From Guillardia theta CCMP2712 (lineage: Eukaryota > Protista > Cryptophyta): a DNA stretch of 64,000 nt. The stretch lies in NCBI RefSeq assembly GCF_000315625.1, contig NW_005434565.1, positions 112,374 through 176,373 on the forward strand. The letters run 5' to 3'. Shown here one piece after another: positions 38,701 to 49,981 of the stretch. The position numbers and the translations under genes are program-made. The notes below the pieces were generated by a model. It ran no database searches. It worked only from the letters and a program-made list of their open reading frames with translations, and was not told where the DNA came from. How positions within the stretch are numbered: the stretch's first letter is position 1; every line of letters starts with the position of its first letter.

Positions 38701-40305
38701 TTAGCGCACTGGGGAGGCCATTGGAACGAGTCGTTGCGTCCCAGCAGCTCTAGTATGATGCTCTCGACCCGGCTGGACCCCCGCAGGCAGCAGAACACAG
38801 AGTCTATCATGCTCCCTCGCACTTGAGCCTGTTCGGGGTATGCGACGCCCATTCCTCCTCCTCCGAACCCTCCGCTCGCCCGGGGGAGCTCAGCAGGCAG
38901 TCTGCTCCCCTTCATGCTCTCGAGGGTCTGCTTGATCCCGCTGCCTCCTCCTGGCAGAGACCCCGAGAGCTTCTCCAAGCAGAACTTGAACAGCTTCTCC
39001 TCCGAGGGCCTCGATGCCGCCGCTGCGTTGAAGTAGCACGAGCTCACTGGTCTCGAGCTCCCCGACGCTCCGTCTCTCCCTCCCACTCCTGCATTCTCAC
39101 CCAGCCCGCTGCTGCCATGCTCCTCTAAGCTTGCGTCCCTCCCATCACTTCCTGGCGTTGTTATCGAGTCTGTTGCTCCTCCACCTCCCCCAGCCGCCAC
39201 CAACACCGCTCCGCTCGAGAGCTCCTTCTTGAACACGAAAGTCCCTCCTGCTCCGCCCGAGCAGCTCCCCATGCTGTCAGACAAGGTAGAAGAAGTGCCT
39301 CCTACCAGCAGGAGCACCCTCTCCCCCTCCTCCAGGTGGAACTGCGCCTCTATCACCGCCCCTGTCCCTCCCTTGCGATCTCCGGCCCCTGCTGCTCCTG
39401 CCCCTGCAACTCGCAAAGCATACGTGCTCTTGATTGGAACCGTCCACAGCTCGACCCTGCCGCTGTACTTGAAGAGCCACTCGTCCTCCAAGATAACGTC
39501 CAAGATCCTCACAAACCCATTCCCTTCGTTTCCCCGCAGCTCTACCCTCCCCTTCACAGTCTGATACCCAACGTACTTCGACACGCTCTTTGCTAGATTG
39601 CTTACAAAGCTTCCTCCTCCGCCGCCTCCTCCTCCTCCACGACCTCCATACCCACCACCTCCTCCCCCCGACCATCCTCCCCCACCTCCTGCAGCGTAGT
39701 TGATCTCGGGGCGAAACACCAGATCCTTCTGCAGGAGCGTGTGAGCAGGGGATGGAACGAGATCACAAAAGCTCTGCTACCTCCGTCACAAACGGCTCGC
39801 TGATCTCTTGGATCCCTCGCTTCACTATGATCACGTCCCCGTCATGCAGCTGCTGGGGTCCTCCTGGACTCCCTCGCAACGACGAGGGGGCTGAGAATCC
39901 GAGGCTACTGAGAGCGATGCCGTACTTGTGGCTCAACACGTGCGGCTGTTTGAAGAAGAGCACAAAGGGACAGGCTTTCAGTCTTGCCTTCTCGAGCGAC
40001 CTTGTGTTGATGGCATTGCCAAGCTCTCTCGAGTATTCTTCTACAGTGGAGGAAATCTTCTGCAGCTCTACTCTCTCCCTCTCCAACATCCCGTTGAGCT
40101 CCTTCCATGACGTGGCTGAGAACTTTTTCATCACCTGATCATGAAATCCTTGCCGCTGACTGCAGATTGCTGCTCGGAAGAACCCATGTCTCACAGGAGG
40201 CTGCTGAGCGTTGGGAACATACCTGACTCCCTCCTTCTGCTCTTCCTTCTCCTCCTCCTCCTTCCCCTGATCATTCTCCTTTCTTCTTGGATCATGTCGC
40301 TTCAT
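35729..40305 (-). CDS. Large protein with right-handed beta-helix repeats, ALK/LTK-type Gly-rich domain and an EF-hand pair; 5' end uncertain
   Basis: Repeated 'G.GV.V......L..C.V..N' units in ORFs 37296-39719, 36399-36905 and 35729-36391. Gly-rich motif WTVPIKSTYALRVAGAG...LVAAGGGGG. EF-hand loops DVDGSGRVGVAE and DVDEDGVLSMEE. Confidence 0.75.
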
Positions 40306-40865
40306 ACCTCAACGACCAATCGGATCAAGATGGAAGCACGTGATGCGTTCCCCCACTTCGAACAGCAGTAGCTTCTACTTTCTCTCTGATTTACTTGCTG
40401 CCTCCTTCCTGCTCCCATCCAGCCATCCTGGTCCTCTACAGCTCCTATCGAGCCATCCTCGTGCGCAGCAGTTCCATTCTCGACATTCTCCCTCCTCTGT
40501 CTCCCGTTCTTCGTCTCCTTCCGTCACCTCGTTTCCTCTCTCCATCCTGCCTCTTGTGCCCTCCCCCTCCCCCCTGCCAAATTGTCCTGGGCCTACCAAG
40601 GAATTTGATCTCCTACCCCGCCCATATGAAATTGTTTGCCCTCACTCCCTCCACCTCTCCCTTCACGCATGATCATACTCTATTCCTCCTTCGCTTTCGT
40701 CTCAGCATGCTTTCCCCTTCTCCCCCTCAACTGCATCTCAACCTGGTTCCTCCCCTCCTCCTTACTCCCTGCACTTCCTCATCGGAACAGCCTTTCATCT
40801 CCCTGCTGCAATCTCTCGACAGGGACTGGGCTCTTTTGGCCCCTTGTCGTATCAGAGAAGAGCAT

Positions 40866-42392
40866 TTACTTCTTAGGTCTAGTGGAATAGACGAGCTTGG
40901 GAATGACAGGCTCTGCACGCAAACTCACTCACGAGACTGCCACAACTCATGACAAGCTCACCTGCTTGCTTGGCGGTGGCGGTGGCAGTAGCAGCAGCCG
41001 CAGGCATCTTGGGGAAACCCAGCAGCGATTTCATGAAAGGCACCTTGAGCAAGAGCACCTGAACATTCAGCCATCAGTCAACGGACAAGGCCAGGTGGCA
41101 GGAGGCACCTGGAGCAGGGAGAAAACGTTGGAAGGGATCCAGTAGAGGAAGACTCCGTTGGGGATTCCTGACATGATTACGAGAGGAACCATTGCAACCT
41201 GAGCGCAATGACATCAGGTAAGCAGGTCCAGCTGAACTGCTGCTCTCACCGCAAACCCACGCATCGCGAACTTCATGGTGGACTGCTGGTCTTTCATGGC
41301 CTGCCCGGTCTCACCTCCGAGCTCGATGGTCGCCAGCATCGACAAGCTGGCGATGACCGGCAGCATGTATGTCGGGTCGACGATGGACAAATCCTGAAAC
41401 CACATAGTCCCCCCGTCCTTGAATGAAGGGTAAGTTGTGGCCATGTGCCTTAGGGCAAAGAAGAAGCTGACGAAGATCGGCCCCTGACTTACTCGTCACC
41501 ATCACGTAGACATCCCCCCCAACAAGTCAACCTGTACCGCCAGACCGATGAACGATTTCCAGGGGTTGCAGTGATGCTTTGCGAACAGCTCCTTGAGCTG
41601 CTTCTGATAGACGTCAGTCGCCCTGGGAGGAGCAGAGTATCCGCCAAGCTTGCGCCAGTTGTTGGTGATCACCTCCATCTCAGGTTTAACAAGATTCAGA
41701 CGAGCAATGTTCTTCATCTGTCACAAGTCTCAACGAGAGCAAGACCAGGAGCTGGACCAAGGGCCGGCAATCAGGCCAAGCAAGGGGAGAGGGGAAGCGG
41801 GCAGGCAGCAGGAGCAGGGGGGAGCCAGGAGGAAGGAGGATGGCAGCACCTGATAGACCACGACAGGAAAGAGGAGAAGCCTAAGGGAGAGAGTGATAGC
41901 ACCGATGGACATCCACCACTCCAAGCCGAAGTAACCATGAATCGCTACGATGGCTGCCTCGGCCAGGGCCGGGGGAGACCATCCCATGGGCGAGGGGTCG
42001 GAGATCCCCTCCACGACATCGGCGACAGTCACCATGGCATGCGGAGAGGCTTCAGACATGTCAGAAAGAGGAGAGGAGCTGCTCGAGCTCGTTGACGACA
42101 TCATCCGTGCACCCGGCGCGCTCGCACCAACCAGCATCAACCTCCTTGGCACGACGGCTCCCAGCTGAGCATGCGAGGATGCGCAAACTGCATGCGTCGT
42201 GGGTGTTGGAAGCTGGATGTGCAAGGCTCGAGCCGGTGCCGATTGTGCGGGCCTTGAACTCTCAGGACTCCAGGAGACTCGGTTCTGTGACAAGTGGGAG
42301 ATCGTTGCTGTGAAGGACGGGATCAGCCGCCTCTGGAAACTTTGCTTGTGCAGAAGATGCGAGAAGAGCATCTTCCCCAAAGAAGAGGACAT
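40866..42392 (-). CDS. OXA1: Mitochondrial inner-membrane insertase OXA1 (YidC/Oxa1 family)
   Basis: Ser/Arg-rich presequence MSSSLGKMLFSHLL; GLEWWMSIGAITLSLRLLLFP; Q|GPIFVSFFFALRHMA; SFKDGGTMWFQDLSIVDPTYMLP; GVFLYWIPSNVFSLLQ; stop TAA at 40866. Confidence 0.9.
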
Positions 42393-43013
42393 CTCCTTCA
42401 ATATCTCTCAGCTGCTCCTGTACAAACTTCATCATCGAAGAAACATTCGAAGCAAGATGAAAATATGCTCCAGTACTTGACTATAGTCCCTCACTTCACC
42501 TGCCTTTCCTCCTCCTTGAAATCATTCTCCCTTACCGTAACATGAGATTCAACAGCCTTATCTTCCTCTTCCTCTTCCTCTTCCTCTTCACTCCCCTTGC
42601 CATCTCCTCCCTCTCTTGATATCGTGCTCATAATCGTCTTTCATTCCTGCCTTCCTCCTCCTCCTCCTCCTCCTCCTCCTCCTCCACCACCACCACCACG
42701 ACGACTCCCCCCAGCCCCCTCCCTCTTCGTCGTCCTCTCTCTCATCATCTACTGGACCTCTCTGGCTCCACACGTCCTTCCCTTATCTACCCACCCTTCT
42801 CCTTCCTCCTTCCTCCACCACATCCTCTGCATCATATGCAGGCATGCGCTTATTTCATCCCCCTCTTACTCGTCTCTCCATTGGCCCCTCATCCCCCCTC
42901 AAACGGAACTGAAGACTTGTCCCTCATCCCCGCTCTTGCCCGTTTCAGTTCATCCCCCTCTTACTCAACTTCCCTCACAAACTGAGAAATGGTATCGCCG
43001 ATGTCCAATGTTG

Positions 43014-43320
43014 AGGTGGGGTAGTCGATACACCCCACCTTTGAAAGGCTCAAAATGAAGAAAAATATGGGTGGGGGTAGGAAAAGCTTGTATTGATACA
43101 GGTGGGTCCATTCAATGTTGATTATAGGGGTGGGGGTAGTAGAGGCTAATTCAGAAGAAGGGTGGGTTAATTCCTTGACTACCCCACAATTGTCAGCAGA
43201 TTTACTACTTATTCAGGGGGTGGGGTGACCATCTCTCTAAGAAAAGTCACCCCACCCCCTGTAGTTCGTTCCCAGCTAGAATTTAGATAAGGGGTGGTGT
43301 ATCCTTCCCCACTGAACCCT
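43014..43320. repeat. GGGGTGGGGT motif cluster with perfect inverted repeats
   Basis: 16-bp IR CAGGGGGTGGGGTGAC at 43214-43229 / 43246-43261 (16-nt spacer); 9-bp IR at 43014-43022 / 43032-43040. Confidence 0.85.
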
Positions 43321-43511
43321 AGTTCGTTCTTCTTCACCACCTTCACATCCTCTGCTTGGAACTGAGTTTTCCGTCTCTCATCCACCATATCCATCACTCC
43401 TCCTCTTGATAAGCCAGAGCCGTGCTGATCTGACACGCTGATCACGTAGGGCCATCTGTTCCAGTGTGCTGTGGTGTCAATCTTGACTTTGCCTTGATCA
43501 ACAGAAACCAA

Positions 43512-45339
43512 ATGGAGCCACGTTTGAAGCTGCAGCTGGAGATCACAAAAGGTCAAAGACAATCAACATGCGACGTGAAAACATTTTCCATCGACTCTGA
43601 AGAATGGCTTGTTGATGCCGTCGATTACTACTTGTAAGTTTCAACGGTTCTTTCGCTTTTGTCTATTCTTTCTTTTCTAATCCGTGTACAGGACGCATTT
43701 CTCTCTTTCTGAACGTCGAAACGACCAGAATGTCCTACTGGGCAAGAAAGACGTTGAGAACCTTGCGCATAACAGGCCGAACCTTATGCTGAAAGAGTAT
43801 GTTACAAGGGAGGGAAAGGAAGCTTGGGGAATCAGCTTCTCGCAGCTCTGTAACTTCACTACAGAAATCTTCTCAGGAGGCCACAGTCACCTGGGAATTC
43901 CTCGCAAGTTGACGATGATTGGTCGACAGAGCAAGATGAGGACTATCCTGTCCATAGATACCAGCGACTCGACTCCTGCAAGCGAACTTGAGCCGACCAG
44001 AGGAGTCGAGGAAGACCGGAGGAGGAAGAAGCCGAGAACCAAAAGTCCAGACCCTCTCCCATGCAAGCAAGAGGAACACGATGAAAACATTGTCACTGGC
44101 AACAGCAGATCGTCACAGGAGAACGAGGCGACCGATCAAGCTGCATCAAGCCCACATTCTCGAAGGACTTCCAGTCGCATCTCAAGCTTGAGAGCCAAAG
44201 CTGAAGCACAAGAAGACTCGAGCAGCGTCGTGAGAAAGACGCGATCGTCAGGCAGAATCAGGAACTCTTCTCAACATCTAACGGAGTCGTCAGACTTTCA
44301 GCTTGATGGAGAGCACAATGAAGAAGATGACGAAATGGCAGTCGACGGAGACATTTCCAATTGCAACGTCGAAGCCAGCATTGAGGATAATGCCATGGAT
44401 GATCCGGACTTCAACGCAAGTTCTCCTGATCCTGGGGCAAGGACTCAAAAGCGAAGAAGAACAAGAGTGCAAGAGCCCAACGATGCCGATGCAGACAGCA
44501 ATGACATCTCGCACGACGAGCTCGGGGATATCAGCGAGGCGCAGCTGACGTTCATGTTGCATTTCGAGCACTACATCAACGAGCTCCAGGAGTTTGAAGC
44601 CTCCTCCGACTCTGATTCTCCGATCCCGGACTCATCCTCCGGGCCGCAAGCGAAGTCAAAGTCGTTCAATCCTGAGTACTGGGAGTTGCTCGAATCGCAC
44701 TGGAACCGTGATGATCGGGATACGATAGCGAAAAAGTTTGACTCCCTAAAAGTCGGGGACATTGTTTCCCTCGACTGGAAGATCAAGAATGGGCAGAAGA
44801 CCTGGCTCGGCGTAGTGTCTATCAAGAGCGAGAAGGACTTCATGGTGAGGTTTACAGACTCAAAGGACATTCGCTTCGCTCGATCAAGCAAAGCTGAAAT
44901 CGACGTTATCCGTTTCAACGAGGATGTCTACAAGCAGCGATGCGAGCAGATCATGCACAGCTCAGGAAGCATTCTAGAAAACGCGGACTCATGTCCCATT
45001 GCGCATCAGGTAGCGCAGATGGTCACCTCCCGGCTCAAAACAAAAGAGATCCCGGAGGAGCTCAAAGACGAGCTTCACATTTCTGATTGTGACAAGAGGC
45101 GGCTGCACCAAGATGAGTATGTCATCGTCTATCAGCCGCATGGTTACAACAAGAACTTCCTCGTGGGCGACTGGCTTCTCGGACGAGTGGAGGAGGTGAG
45201 GAGGAGTGCAGGGTATACAACGAGCTTCAGCGTCTTCTTCTACAATCACAGCTACTCCGGCCTCTCCAAGTATGACGCGTCAAGCAGCAGGTCGCTCGTC
45301 TTCTCCATCAGATTACCGGATGGTGAGGAGGACGACTAG
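43512..45339 (+). CDS. Hypothetical, probably nuclear protein with Tudor-like C-terminal region
   Basis: ATG 43512 MEPRLKLQLEITK..., GT-AG intron at ~43634-43691, then a long exon. Basic clusters RRRKKPR and KRRRTR, an acidic linker, and Tudor/SH3-like LKVGDIVSLDWK...WLGVV...FMVRF. Confidence 0.6.
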
Positions 45340-46360
45340 GAGCGCCACTCGGCACTCTGGCTCGCCGATTCCAGAAGGTTGAGGTGAATGACTTGTCTTG
45401 CACGCAAGCATCACCGGCCTGACATGTATTCGCCAGTCCATGAAGATCGTTTTCTTGGATCTAGTCATGATTCGCATCAGTAACAGTGTCTGGGTTGCTA
45501 TGAGCTGGCCTGGCAACGGAGTTTCGGGTTGAGTCTGGGTAGCTTTGCCTCAAGCTTGTAAACACGACATACGGTAGTACAGCCTGATATAGCACGTCTA
45601 TCATACGCTATACAGTACTCGACTTTACGGCTGGCCGTAGTCAAAGGCCTCCTGCCCGCGGCCATGGGCCGGCGAAATGCTCCGCCGACCGCCGCGTCCG
45701 ATCCCGGGTCCGGCGTCACTGAGGGCGCTGGCGCCGGGCCGCAGTGAAACTGTGACTCCGACGGTGATCGAAGGGAAGAGGTGCAAACTCAGTGAGCCTC
45801 CCGGCGCTGTCGAACGGCCCGGCCGGAATCGAAACCGCAACGTTCCGCGAGTTCGTCGGAGCTCCGAAGGCCCGAAGAGGCTCAAAGGCTACCGACTGGC
45901 AACAGAGAGGTCTTGTACCCCTTCTAATCCCGCGCGAGGTACCCCTCCCCCAAGTTACTGAAGTGATCTCGTGATTACAGGGACCGTGACCTCAACACTG
46001 CACCTCTGAGGCCGGCCTGTCATCCGCTACTGTAAGTTTTAGCCAAATACATCCGAAAAAAGAACTATATTGCCCAGAAAAAACAAACCACCCCACCCTT
46101 CCGCTCCCACGAAAACGATCAGTGGTAAAAAACGTGTTCAAATTTCCAGCTTGCAGTACCGGGTGGTTAATCACTGAATCCTGGGCCAGGGTGGGGTGGG
46201 GTACACATCTCATGTCAAAGACACAACCAGGGGTGATAGCTCCTGTCCTTTGCCTGCCCCCCGTACGGCCCCTCCCTCCCACTCCTTCCTCCTCCCGCTC
46301 GCTCCTCGCACAGCCCTTGTTCCTATCTCGCTCCCCGTCATCGTCCCCTCGCTCTGACTC

Positions 46361-47220
46361 ATGGTCCGACCCTCTGCCACCCCAGAATCCAGGAACGTCG
46401 GCGTCTGCTTCGCCCAAGTCGTGAGTGAGTCCTCGTGTCCCTTCACTTCCATGACAGAGCTCACGCGCAGGTCGCTCGGGTCGTCCCCACTCTCCGGCAT
46501 CTCTTCATCCCTCGCCGGGGACGCCTCTCCTTGTACGAGGGCCTCAAGGAGTGCATTCCTGCTGCTGTGCGCAGCAAGGAGCAGTCAGCAAGGTGCTTCG
46601 GGCTGAGCGAGGTGGAGTTCAACAAGGCGCTGGAGAGGAGCGGGTTCAAGAAGCTACGCGACCGCTGCCATGTCCCCGTCGGAGTGAAGGAGCTGGACTT
46701 TGCCAAGGGCCCCACCGCCCGCTATGTCTTCTGCAACCGACGCTGGAGAAACCCCGACGATCCCCTGGAACTGGAGGAGCTCCGCCAAGGCTGGCTGAAG
46801 CTCCGTGAGTGCGTGTGGATATTGGGAGCTGACCTGAGCTTCGAGAGCCTCGTGCAGTGCTGCCGGGTCAGATACGCGCAGTGGGCAAGGATGACGACCA
46901 ACTGGAACAAGAGCCCCCGACGGGTCGGTCGTACCAAGCCCCCCCCTGCGCCCAGCAACGCCCCACGGGGATCAGCGACCCTCCATGACGCGCGTGCTCT
47001 ATCATCATCGTTAGACCCTCAGGGGGCGCACAAGCGCTCAGACAAGCATGGTGGTGGAGGGTCAGGGGAGAGGCCGGCAAGTGAGCCAAGCTGTGGAGAA
47101 GACGGGAGGGAGGTGGACGAGTGGTTTGACCAGATTCTTGTTTGTGTGAACTGGGAGCTGCCAGAGGAGGTGGTTAGCCTGCCGAGCAACGGAGCTCGAA
47201 GTTGGTCGCCTGCAGCTTGA
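46361..47220 (+). CDS. Hypothetical protein (one intron ~46421-46470)
   Basis: MVRPSATPESRNVGVCFAQV|VARVVPTLRHLFIPRRGRLSLYEGL...RRWRNPDD. GC3-rich coding pattern; no family recognised. Confidence 0.6.
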
Positions 47221-47963
47221 GTGTAGCAGCGCTTGTCTGTCTGCAAAGGCAGCCGATGTAAGAGTTTTGAGTATGGAAGGTAAAGGTAAAGGAAACGACG
47301 GGATGAGTTTGACTGCTGCCCAATTCGATTCTTCCAGTGCCGACTCTTGCCCTGTGATCGACCGGTGCTCCCCATGATCGCTGATGTCACACTGAGTCCC
47401 TTCAGCCAAGTGTCACTATGACGCGGGGACATCATCATTGACCATGCGGCTCTAGAAGAACCAAGTCGCAAGGATGCCATCTTGGAACACAGAGATGTCG
47501 TCCGAGGACGATCTCATACATCTCATGTCACCCGTAGCGAACATCCACACCCTAACAGAGCGAACCCGCCTCAGAGAGGACCCACTCAAGATTTCTGGGG
47601 ATAGCAAGCGAAGCTAGGCTTACCCTAGACCCTCGTCAAGGTCAGTGACGGCTAGACCTGACCTCTGACCGCTGAGTCACTACCGCCAACAAAGACAACC
47701 TTGGTCAGGGGATCGGAGAGACATCTCAGTAGTCGTCTGGGTCGAGGCATAGGATGCCCCTTGTCTCCTTCATCTATCATAATAGACTTCTTGAAGGTAC
47801 TGTACGGTCAAGTTTCAGCTCTCGGGCCGGCGCCAGCCGCGAGCGACAGGGCACGGTGGGGCCGCAAGTCAGCAGCGGACTGAGACTGAAGTACTCGGAA
47901 CAAGACGGTGCCTTGAGGTAAGACTGGAGCCGCTAGCATCTCAGAGGCACGGAAGTGATGACG

Positions 47964-49860
47964 TCATAGCATGCGAAGCATCGCCTGGTGGAGCTCGACC
48001 AAGGCCAGGGTGTCAAGCTTGCAGTAGTTGAGGAGGTTTTGACGGAGGACCTGAGCCTGCAGGAGGTAAGAAAGGAGAAGGGGAGAGGAGAGCAGAGGAG
48101 AGTAGAGGAGAGAGGAGGGGAGGGGAGGGAAGAAGGAAGCATAGGAGAAGAATGGGATGGGGAGGAGATTAAAGCGACGGGGAGGACAGAGATGCGTTAC
48201 CTGTTGAGGGTCTGCAACTTTCATCGCCTCGAACTTGACAGCAGCAAGTCTGCCGTTGTTGATCGGAAGGTCCTGGGAGGAGGAAGGTGAGAATAGTGAA
48301 GGAGCCGGGCAGAGGATACAAGGGCACGGGTAAGGGGAGAGGAGAGAGGAGAGAGGAGAGAGGAGAGAGGGAAGGGGAGAGAGGAGGAGAGACAGCAGAG
48401 GGGGGAAGGAGGGAGGGAACAACCTTGTAGGCAGTCCGATATGCAGGGACAAGAGCAGGAAGAACGTCCTTGATCGAATGTGAACCTCTCAGGTCAGGAT
48501 GGTAAATCGTCTCCTTAGCCAACTAGAAGATAGGATAAGGAAACGAAAGAATCTCATACCAACAAACCTTGCAGAAATCGATCATGCGAGCGTTCACAGC
48601 GTCGATCTGTGAGGAGAGGTCAACAAGAGAAACGCTATCTTGCTCTCCGCACCCTGGCAGCGTACGCAGGGAAGTCGGCTTTGAATTTCTGAGATAGAAA
48701 CCCTTGAGGTGCCGAAGATCACAGCAGGAGAGGGAGGACAGAGGTAGCAAGGAGAGGAAGGGGAACGAGGACGAAGACGCAAGGGAGGCATCACATTCAT
48801 CTGGGTCGTTTCATACGAATAGTAGATGACGATCGAACCCTCCTCCTCTAGAGCCTCCAGCAAGTGCTGCAGGAGGTGCTCCCGCCAGTCGATGCTGAAG
48901 GCATGCGTCAGAGGTGGATAGGGAGGTGAGGAGATGGAGGACTTTGGATCAGCGAGGTACTCGAGATGTTGTATCTCCCCTTGAGAAGTTTTGCGATGTA
49001 GAGAATACTGAAAGACCTGTGGGATGATGAGCACGGCAAGAGAACACAAGAGTGGATCTGATGGGAACCATCGTCTTCAGCGGCCCGGTGCCTTCGATCC
49101 TGAAGAAAGGAGGATGAGAAGGAGTCATGAGGAAGGGAGAGGGAATTGGAGAGAGAAGGAGGATAGGGAGAGGGAGAGGGAGAGGGAGAGGGAGAGGGAG
49201 AGGGAGAGGGAGAGGGAGAGGGAGAGGAGCAACGAGGGAGGCGGAGGGAGGAGAGTGCTTTCCATGGGAAGACTGGGGCAATTGTCTCGAAGTCCAGATA
49301 GAAACAAGGATAGACGATGGCGTTGAGCGTCTGCTCACAATGCTCGTTCAGCAAGAAAGCGGGAAAACGAGACGGCGAGCATAGGAGATGGTGAATTTGG
49401 TGATGATGGTGATGATGATGATGGTGATGATCTCCACGACGATGACGACAAAGGAGGAGGATGAAGAGAAGCAGGGAGAGGAGAAGGAGTACTTACTTCG
49501 CCAAGTTTTTGATGGTTGATGTAGGGTATGCTGCTGTTGACGCTTTGGCGAATGATCTCATGTGCAGGAGACAACTCAACAGTGCCGGGGAGTTCCTCGA
49601 TCTGACGGGATGACGGGAGGCCATAAGTGTTCTAGCAAGCACGTGGTCCTTCACCTCTTTTGTGATTCGAGCCAGTTCTCTTAGCTTTTGACCTTGGATC
49701 CTATGGAAGAGACGAAGTCAGGAACACGATAAGAGCAAACTCACAACAAACCCCTTGAGCTCCCAGATGGAATGGCGCAGATCTCTGGTATGGCTGCACA
49801 GAGTCAAAAGGACGAGGACGAGGACGAGGACGAGGTCGAGGTCGAGGACGAGGTCGAGGT

Positions 49861-49891
<31 letters not shown>

Positions 49892-49892
49892 A

Positions 49893-49981
<89 letters not shown>

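Noticed and set aside
47549-47558. ACCCTAAC as a telomerase RNA template
   Set aside because: Only about one repeat unit, and no recognisable Pol III promoter or terminator nearby.
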